From: Oculatellaceae cyanobacterium bins.114
GTDB lineage: Bacteria; Cyanobacteriota; Cyanobacteriia; Elainellales; Elainellaceae
DNA length: 16,151 bases
Assembly (NCBI GenBank): GCA_033764315.1
Contig: JANRJA010000223.1
Span: forward strand, 1-16,151
Direction: 5' to 3'
In this document: piece by piece, positions 10,137 to 16,151 of the stretch
How the letters are laid out: each line of letters opens with the position of its first letter
How positions within the stretch are numbered: position 1 is the first letter of the stretch
The notes under the pieces: model-generated
Database searches by the model: none
The model's input: the letters and a program-made list of their open reading frames with translations, nothing else
What the model was told of the DNA's origin: nothing
Made by a program: the position numbers and the translations under genes

Positions 10137-10604
10137 ATGATTATGAGAGATAGGAATATTATTGACCTCAATCGAGAGTATTTAATCAAGCAGAGCGAAA
10201 TGTTGCAAGCCATTATTAGCCGTATGGCGAGCAACTCATTAAGCATTAAACAATTAGCAATAACAATTTGGACAACACTAATAAGTTTTGGTTTTACTAA
10301 TAAAGCAAAATTTCTATTTCTATTGGCAATTCTTTCATTGATACTCTTAATTTTTTTGGATGGATATTATTTATACCTAGAGAAACGTTTCCGAAGTAGT
10401 TTCAACCAGCTTAGTAATATACTTTGTAACTTTAGTGAAAGGGCTTTAGAGGAGTTTGAATCTGTTGAAGGAAATTTTATTTCATTGAATCGAATTAGCA
10501 GAAAACAAATTTTGCAATTGTATACAAAATCTCTAGCTTCCCTCGCAAATATCCCTTACTTAGCAGCCTTAATAATTACGTTATCAATTCTATTAGCAAC
10601 ATAA
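10137..10604 (+). CDS. Small membrane protein (~3 TM segments), candidate effector of the neighbouring TIR locus
   Basis: 'EMLQAIISRMASNSLSIKQLAITIW' helix-TM, 'FLFLLAILSLILLIFLDGYYLYLEKRFR', and a C-terminal hydrophobic helix 'IPYLAALIITLSILLAT'. The effector role is inference. Confidence 0.8.
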   Translation: MIMRDRNIIDLNREYLIKQSEMLQAIISRMASNSLSIKQLAITIWTTLISFGFTNKAKFLFLLAILSLILLIFLDGYYLYLEKRFRSSFNQLSNILCNFSERALEEFESVEGNFISLNRISRKQILQLYTKSLASLANIPYLAALIITLSILLAT

Positions 10605-10607
10605 TTT

Positions 10608-12773
10608 TTATGCAGAGTACCTTTTGATAGTCTCCGACAAAGCTTTTAGAGGATCTGGATTACGGTTATTCAAATCAACCCACCCATATCCTTGTAAATT
10701 CGGTGGAACTAACGGACGCTCTCCTCTGGAACGAAGAATTACAGGAATGATAGGATAATTTTTGTTCAGTCTGCTTTGTGTAGAAATATCTTTCCTTATA
10801 AATGCGTCTATTTCTCTTCTTTGCCAAGGACCAATATTGTTCTTACTAATAAAAACAACTGCTGTTCTAAAAATATCACTCTCAATGAATTCTTCCAATC
10901 TTTGCTGCCAAACTTCTCCAGGTTGCAGTTCATTAACATCCATCCAAACTGCAACACCTTGTTGATATAGCTGTTCTGCGATCTTTTCTACTCTTTTTTT
11001 ATCTTTTCTGTTATATGAAAGAAAAGCCCCAAACTTAAAACAGATGAGTCTCTGATTATACTTTTCCTGAATTTTACTTCGGCGACTTTGACCAAGATTA
11101 CTCACTTTCTCGAATAGTTCATCCAGGTCTTTATATGGCACTTTACTAAGAATGTCATTTATGATTCCAGGACCAATATAAGTATCACTAAAGATACGAA
11201 CTAGTTCCTCATATTTTGCTGTATTGATATCGAGGGAAGATTGCTCTAAGACTTTAGTACTTTCGGCTTCAGTTTCGTGATTTTCTTCTGGGACAATCTT
11301 AAATTCCAAGGGATTAACCCATTGAATTTGGTTGAGTTTTAACTTCTCCTGAAGTAATGGGGAACAATCAGGAGCAATGATAAAAGCTATGTTATTTGCT
11401 TGACCTGACGAATTCATTCCTTGTGGTTCAACTAACTCTAGCCGTTTGGTGAACTCGTCTGCGTATCTGCTTAAAATCTCATAGTTTCTAGCTCCTCCAT
11501 ATGCACTTGCAACACAGTGACCATTTTTAAAGAGTTTTGCATAGCAATTAAAAGTGTGATCTTTTGCTCTTAAAGATTCAAACTTTATCTCATAATTATT
11601 ACTATCCCGTATATATACACGCCACACCTGCTCGCATATTTCTTTAATTAATGTTGAAAGCTCATTAGGGGTTCCTTCAAAAAAACGTTCTGATTTATCC
11701 TCAAAATATCTACCATATATCTCACGTACTATACCAGCATAATCTCTACAAAAATCACTAAGGAACTTTTTGCTATCAGGGTTGTCAAGCCTTATACTCT
11801 CAATTTCTCTATATGCTTCTTCAAACCGATCATATGTTCCATAAGCTCCCCTGATACGCTGATTAATTTTATTTTTAATTCCTTCAAATTCATTTTTATG
11901 ACCTGCCACTAAATTGACTACTGATTGAGAAACGCGTCTCTCTAGAGCTCTGTCTGATCCAATAAATTTTTTTACAATTTCTGATGTTCCAGCTAAATAC
12001 ATCATTAATCGAATTTCATCTTTATACTCTCGATATATATCATTCAATAAGCTTTTAAATATAGATTTAAGCTGTCCATGTTCATCCCCCTTTAGAGCAT
12101 CATCTAATTCATCAACTAAATAAACAAAAGTGTATTCAGATCTCATCTCTGATATCAAGCTGATGATATGAAAAAGAACTTCCTGAGGTTGATAATTAGA
12201 ACTAATATCTGCGAAAGATCTATTAAATCTTGGTTGAAAAACCATCTCGAATCTCTCTGCATCTATTAGGATTTGAGCCCCATCATTTCCAAATAATTCC
12301 TTCAAAACAGAAGTGGCTACACCTCGAATATCAGAAATACACAACATTTTCCAAAGAGTTTCAGCTAAAATCTTGGAATAGAATTTAATTCCAAAGCTTT
12401 GGCTGTTACTTACAGAAAGTAGTTTTGAAAGATCAAAATAAACAACAATAGCTTTTTTAGAATATCTTGGACTTACTCTGATTAGTTCTTGTAAATAATG
12501 TAAAAGAGAAGTTTTACCACTACCTGCAACGGCAGCAATAAATCTAAACGTAAAAATACCTTTATTAAAACAGTAGTTTAAGTCATCAACTAATAAACCT
12601 TCTAAAGTAGAAATACTTTGTCTAGATAGGCTATTGGCAGTTGTAAACTCAGAACCCGTTCCTTGTGATTGTACAGTTCGATCGACCCAAATATCTGGAA
12701 TAAAATCTTTACCTCCACTAACATCTCTAAGAAAACCTTCTATGAATTGGCTGTTTTCTGGTATCTCATTCAT
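10608..12773 (-). CDS. P-loop (AAA+-like) ATPase - REase-fold-like segment - ComEA-type helix-hairpin-helix - TIR domain fusion protein
   Basis: Walker A AVAGSGKTS (~12510-12536), Walker B FVYLVDELD (12102-12128), 'MYLAGT' and 'ALERRV'. HhH 'LDINTAKYEEL...IGPG...PYKDLDEL..KV.NLG' (~11060-11234). TIR 'FLSYNRKDK...GVAVWMD..ELQPG..W...WQRRE...IIPVIL...P.L....WVDL' (~10611-11033). ATG at 12773 lies 2 nt after the upstream stop; the ORF track extends to 12788. Confidence 0.88.
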   Translation of the reverse strand: MNEIPENSQFIEGFLRDVSGGKDFIPDIWVDRTVQSQGTGSEFTTANSLSRQSISTLEGLLVDDLNYCFNKGIFTFRFIAAVAGSGKTSLLHYLQELIRVSPRYSKKAIVVYFDLSKLLSVSNSQSFGIKFYSKILAETLWKMLCISDIRGVATSVLKELFGNDGAQILIDAERFEMVFQPRFNRSFADISSNYQPQEVLFHIISLISEMRSEYTFVYLVDELDDALKGDEHGQLKSIFKSLLNDIYREYKDEIRLMMYLAGTSEIVKKFIGSDRALERRVSQSVVNLVAGHKNEFEGIKNKINQRIRGAYGTYDRFEEAYREIESIRLDNPDSKKFLSDFCRDYAGIVREIYGRYFEDKSERFFEGTPNELSTLIKEICEQVWRVYIRDSNNYEIKFESLRAKDHTFNCYAKLFKNGHCVASAYGGARNYEILSRYADEFTKRLELVEPQGMNSSGQANNIAFIIAPDCSPLLQEKLKLNQIQWVNPLEFKIVPEENHETEAESTKVLEQSSLDINTAKYEELVRIFSDTYIGPGIINDILSKVPYKDLDELFEKVSNLGQSRRSKIQEKYNQRLICFKFGAFLSYNRKDKKRVEKIAEQLYQQGVAVWMDVNELQPGEVWQQRLEEFIESDIFRTAVVFISKNNIGPWQRREIDAFIRKDISTQSRLNKNYPIIPVILRSRGERPLVPPNLQGYGWVDLNNRNPDPLKALSETIKRYSA

Positions 12774-12775
12774 GC

Positions 12776-13384
12776 TTAATCCACCCAATGAATTAAATCG
12801 TCTTCTTCTCCTTTTGATATAGATATTTTCTCAAGAGATTTCAATTTATTAAAATACTCTTCCCATGTTTCACGGTTTACATTTAGTCCTTTATCTTGTT
12901 GAAATAAGCGGTAAATATCCTGTTTAGAGATTGCGACAACGCCTTTGATTTCCTGACGTTTTTTCTCTTCAAAATATAATTCCTTGAAATTCTTGGAAAA
13001 CTCTTCAAAGTCTATTTCGTAAAAACGAAATTCTGATTGACCTGCCTTGTTAAAACAATTCAAGACGCCGTTTAAAACTTTAAATACCTTCTTTTTGTCT
13101 GACTCAAATCTATAGTTTGTAGCTGACAAGCCTGATATTAGAGAATCAATACCATTACTTGTAATCAAAATCTGGCTGTTTCTACCAGCTTCAATTAATT
13201 CCTTCTTCAGCAGAGATGTGTATGCAGATTCAATCTTTTTCTCAGGCAAACCTTTGTTATCGCGCAATAGTGCCTTCTTTACAGTGCCTTTAGTAGCTGT
13301 CCCTTTTGTTGATTTTCCTTCTTCTCTTAGATGAGAAAAAGTATAAAGCAGGTAGAGTAATTCTTCATTTGAAAGATCAAACAT
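12776..13384 (-). CDS. Hypothetical 202-aa Lys-rich protein, probable tandem winged-helix domains
   Basis: AGGAG Shine-Dalgarno 5 nt before the ATG (13390-13394). N-terminal 'IESAYTSLLKKELIE....ILITSNGIDSL' is a wHTH wing/ITxxG pattern. C-terminal 'ISKQDIYRLF...VNRETWEEYFNKL....KISISKG' is a second wHTH-like pattern. Confidence 0.75.
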   Translation of the reverse strand: MFDLSNEELLYLLYTFSHLREEGKSTKGTATKGTVKKALLRDNKGLPEKKIESAYTSLLKKELIEAGRNSQILITSNGIDSLISGLSATNYRFESDKKKVFKVLNGVLNCFNKAGQSEFRFYEIDFEEFSKNFKELYFEEKKRQEIKGVVAISKQDIYRLFQQDKGLNVNRETWEEYFNKLKSLEKISISKGEEDDLIHWVD

Positions 13385-13600
13385 AAAATCTCCTGATATA
13401 GCCTCTATGGAAGATTATTACAATTGAAAAATATCAACTGTACTTTCTAAAATGCAAGAAGATAACACTTGCAATATAATTTGTCTTGAGTAGAATAAAT
13501 TGAATTTAAGTTTATCAAAGACAACATTTTTGCAGAAGCGATATCTAGACTTCTAAAAATTCTACATTAGTCTTATCTGATTAGGATAAGATATTTTTTC

Positions 13601-13632
13601 TGTCAGTGTGTGATCATAATCACACACTGACA
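13601..13632. promoter_or_regulatory. Perfect 14-bp inverted repeat containing a consensus CRP-type box TGTGA-N6-TCACA
   Basis: tgtcagtgtgtgat-cata-atcacacactgaca, with TGTGA(tcataa)TCACA at 13609-13624. It lies upstream of the wHTH-ATPase-TIR operon. Confidence 0.6.
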
Positions 13633-13861
13633 AGCCTAAATTAACTCATTAACGTTACATAAACATAATTACTATAGATGCTTCAAGCTAACTTGCTTTT
13701 ATTTTGAGGCTTACCTTATCATCCACCTTCCTATTCTAATCAACAGATTTCTCCATCAAAAAAAAAGAAGCTTTAGAGCTAACTCCAAACTGTTCTCTAT
13801 GGCATTGTTTCCTATTCCTTCTGTTTGCTATCCATTGCTTCTACATTACAGTGCAAAAATT

Positions 13862-13896
13862 GTAAGGTGTGTTGCAGCTTTGCTGAACACAGCACC
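13862..13896. repeat. Degenerate REP-like hairpin
   Basis: gtaaggtgtgttgcagc-ttt-gctgaacacagcacc is an imperfect stem-loop with a GTA(A)G leader. Confidence 0.4.
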
Positions 13897-14103
13897 AATC
13901 CTACGATTAGTTTGAATTATTGACGTAAGCGATCGCGATGCCAGTTTGATGGGTTGCACTGAATGTAATTACGAATAGTCAATAATCGTGGGTTTAGTTG
14001 CTATTACTGCTGGTATTGGGTGTTGAGACGTTTATTTATGCTGACCTGGCAAAGGGGCGATAACATAAACATAAGTTCACTTCTGTCACTAGACTGAGAA
14101 GTT

Positions 14104-14475
14104 ATGTTACCCATCTCAAGCGAACAAATGGCAGCCTATCGTGCCTCGGCACTCAAGCGATATCAAGACCAACAAGAGCACCTGCGCGATCGCCATCAGC
14201 TTGGTTTAGCTGTGGCGAGACAAGCGGCTGATCTATTGAAGCAAAACTTTAAGGCTAGAAAAGTCGTTTTGTTTGGCTCGATGCTGTCATTTGACTTAAT
14301 TCATGAACGCTCTGATGTAGATCTAGCCGTTTGGGGTCTAGCTCCGCAAGATTACTATCGAGCGGTAGGGTGTCTTCTGGCTTTACAACCTGGAATCTTG
14401 ATCGATTTAGTGGAAGTAGAATCGGCTCCTACTCGTTTGTTGACGGAAATTGAAGCATCAGGACTAGTGCTGTGA
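14104..14475 (+). CDS. Minimal nucleotidyltransferase (MNT/MntA-like antitoxin)
   Basis: 'VVLFGS-x10-DVDLAV' (GSx10DxD) and 'IDLV'. Stop overlaps the next start (GTGA). Confidence 0.92.
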   Translation: MLPISSEQMAAYRASALKRYQDQQEHLRDRHQLGLAVARQAADLLKQNFKARKVVLFGSMLSFDLIHERSDVDLAVWGLAPQDYYRAVGCLLALQPGILIDLVEVESAPTRLLTEIEASGLVL

Positions 14476-14957
14476 AACCCAATGTGCTGGTTTTGGCAGT
14501 TCGGATTCGAGCAGAGTTAAGCGAGATTCATCAAGTAGTGGAACGTGCTCAACGCTTATTAGCTAAAGCGATCGCATCAAATGATGCAGATTATTATGAT
14601 GGAATTGCCCTAAATCTGCACAGTTTTTACACCGCCATTGAGCGAATTTTAGAAGATATTGCCAGAGAAATTGATGGTGCTATTCCCACAGGACAAAATT
14701 CGCATCGCGACTTGCTAATTCAAATGTCTGCTGAAATTCCGAATAGTCGTCCCCCTGTCATTCAACGCCAATCCCGTTACTGCTTAGATGAGTATCGAGG
14801 TTTACGGCATGTCATCCGAAATGTTTACACCTTCAATCTAAAGCCAGAAAGATTGCAAGAACTGGTCACTGCCCTACCAGATTGTTATCAATTTCTAGTC
14901 CACGATCTAACCGACTTTTGCCAATTTTTAGAAGCACTAACAGAATCTGACTGTTAA
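14472..14957 (+). CDS. HEPN domain (HepT-like) ribonuclease toxin
   Basis: 'ALNLHSFYTAIERILE.IA..ID...P.G..SHRDLL.QM', 'LDEYRGLRHVIRNVY'. Translationally coupled to the MNT gene. Confidence 0.88.
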   Translation: MKPNVLVLAVRIRAELSEIHQVVERAQRLLAKAIASNDADYYDGIALNLHSFYTAIERILEDIAREIDGAIPTGQNSHRDLLIQMSAEIPNSRPPVIQRQSRYCLDEYRGLRHVIRNVYTFNLKPERLQELVTALPDCYQFLVHDLTDFCQFLEALTESDC

Positions 14958-14996
14958 CGATAAACCATTGACCCCTAACGATTAACCGTTGACCAT
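14948..14996. repeat. STRR-type heptamer tandem repeat (7 units)
   Basis: tgactgt-taacgat-aaaccat-tgacccc-taacgat-taaccgt-tgaccat, same family as 2584-2618. Confidence 0.7.
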
Positions 14997-15007
14997 CTAC
15001 ACGCACT

Positions 15008-15925
15008 ATGTCTGAACAACCCACTCATCCAACCTATCAACTCCCGGTTGCCAAACTGTTGACCGCAGGTGAATGCAAACTCACCAAAGTCAAACATTGG
15101 AAGAATTATCGCCAAAAATATGGGTTAACTGAGGCAGATATTCCTGAGTTGATTCGTATGATGACCGATGCAGACCTCTGGGCGAGCGAAGAGCTGTTAA
15201 AGGGTTACAGTGTGGTTCATGCGTGGCGGGCATTAGGACAACTCAAGGCAGTGGAGGCGATCGCCCCCCTTTTGTCGCTTTGGGATGATTATGAAGATGA
15301 CGATTGGCTGAGCAACGAGGCTCCATCTGTGTTTGCGCTAATTGGGGTTGATGCTCTGCCCATCTTGAGCAATGCGTTAGCAGACCTATCTTTGAGTGAA
15401 TGGGCACGCTCTGCTGTGATAGATGGCATTGAGAAGATTAGTAACACTGAACCGGAGTATCGCAATACCTGTGTTGAAATCTTGAGACGGCAACTTGAAG
15501 CCTTCAATGACAATGGTTTGATCGTCAATGGAATGATAGTGTCAACATTGGTTGAGTTAAAGGCTGTGGAAACAATTGATTTAATTGAGCAGGTGTATGC
15601 TGCCCAAAAAATTGATGACATGATACCTGGCACTTGGCCACATATCCAGGTTGAATTCGGACTAAAACAAGTGTCTGATTTTACGCCTGCTGAATTGCAA
15701 CCCCAGTTCTTCCGAAACATGCAAGCGGCTCGACTGATTCGCAATCCTAAGTTTGAGGATGATCTGGATGAGTTGCCTGCTAGAGATTGGCATGAGACTT
15801 CCGTGACCCCGTCTGGCTTTGGGGAAGGGTTTTTAGAGGTTCCCAAACAATCGCCGATCAAACCAGTGCAAGGGTTTGGTCAAGGAGCGTCTACGAAAGG
15901 CAATAAGAAAAAGAAGAAGTTGTAA
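15008..15925 (+). CDS. DUF1186-like HEAT/alpha-helical repeat protein with basic C-terminal tail
   Basis: 'YQLPVAKLLT.G', 'HAWRALGQLKA.EAI.PLL', 'L.ELKA.E.I..IE..YA', ending 'GFGQG...KKKKKL'. Family assignment is from recollection. Confidence 0.7.
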   Translation: MSEQPTHPTYQLPVAKLLTAGECKLTKVKHWKNYRQKYGLTEADIPELIRMMTDADLWASEELLKGYSVVHAWRALGQLKAVEAIAPLLSLWDDYEDDDWLSNEAPSVFALIGVDALPILSNALADLSLSEWARSAVIDGIEKISNTEPEYRNTCVEILRRQLEAFNDNGLIVNGMIVSTLVELKAVETIDLIEQVYAAQKIDDMIPGTWPHIQVEFGLKQVSDFTPAELQPQFFRNMQAARLIRNPKFEDDLDELPARDWHETSVTPSGFGEGFLEVPKQSPIKPVQGFGQGASTKGNKKKKKL

Positions 15926-16016
15926 TCTGTTCACCATTTACGAAGTCTACCTCCTTATACCAATCAGATGTGAGGATGCGCCAAATCAATCACCCCCTGT
16001 AGTCCCCCTTGGCAAG

Positions 16017-16151
16017 CAGGGTGGTTTCATTTAGGTGGAGGAAAGCCTTGGGTAAGGATCGCGTAAACCTGTTTGAGTTGGTTGGTGAGGGCACGCACTC
16101 CTTGAGGAATGGTGCGGAAGGCAAGCTGGCGGACAATGGAGATGAGAAAAC
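16017..16151 (-). mobile_element. Probable right end of an ISAs1-family insertion sequence: terminal CAGGG IR plus 3' end of transposase (16027 to window edge)
   Basis: The minus-strand frame is open from the window edge: FLISIVRQLAFRTIPQGVRALTNQLKQVYAILTQGFPPPK*. Its TGA (16027-16029) sits inside the terminus CAGGGTGGTTTCA (16017-16029). CAGGG ends and a stop within the IR fit ISAs1 as I recall it. Confidence 0.6.

Larger units (their letters stand above)
9792..13936. mobile_element. AT-rich genomic island bounded by a 12-bp HIP1-containing direct repeat
   Basis: GTAAGCGATCGC at 9792-9803 and 13925-13936, with no GCGATCGC seen between them. Spot counts of G+C: 14/60 (10261-10320) and 13/60 (12001-12060), versus 37/60 in proS (4981-5040). 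No integrase is visible. Confidence 0.55.

Noticed and set aside
10762-12822. Small plus-strand ORFs opposite the ATPase-TIR gene
   Set aside because: Antisense, short and without motifs.
10137-13384. Assigning the island to Thoeris, CBASS, Avs, BREX or a retron
   Set aside because: No SIR2/Macro/SLOG ThsA, cyclase, TPR sensor, PglX/PglZ or reverse transcriptase is visible in the window.
13385-14103. CRISPR array, tRNA or hidden gene in the 720-bp intergenic gap
   Set aside because: No regularly spaced direct repeats, cloverleaf or credible ORF seen.
15289-15861. 190-aa minus-strand ORF
   Set aside because: Entirely antisense to the DUF1186-like gene, with Ser-rich shadow composition.

Overview
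Cyanobacterial chromosomal window: at least 18 HIP1 GCGATCGC octamers, STRR-type heptamer repeats, ndhD2 and a Uma2 gene. The left ~9.8 kb is mostly ordinary. It holds a PPC/cadherin-like/beta-propeller repeat protein, an SDR, a VOC/glyoxalase, an ArsR regulator, a DUF2993/LmeA-like protein, a nested small-repeat element, proS, ndhD2, a small hypothetical gene and a Uma2 nuclease. From ~9.95 to ~13.9 kb lies an AT-rich island with no HIP1 site, bracketed by a 12-bp direct repeat (GTAAGCGATCGC). The island encodes a probable double winged-helix protein, coupled to an unusual fusion of P-loop ATPase / restriction-endonuclease-like segment / ComEA-type HhH / C-terminal TIR. A small 3-TM membrane protein gene converges on this pair. 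This trio is the best candidate for an undescribed anti-phage or anti-DNA signalling system (inference only; no database search was possible). It is followed by an MNT-HEPN toxin-antitoxin pair, a DUF1186-like protein and the probable right end of an ISAs1-like element inserted into a palindromic repeat.
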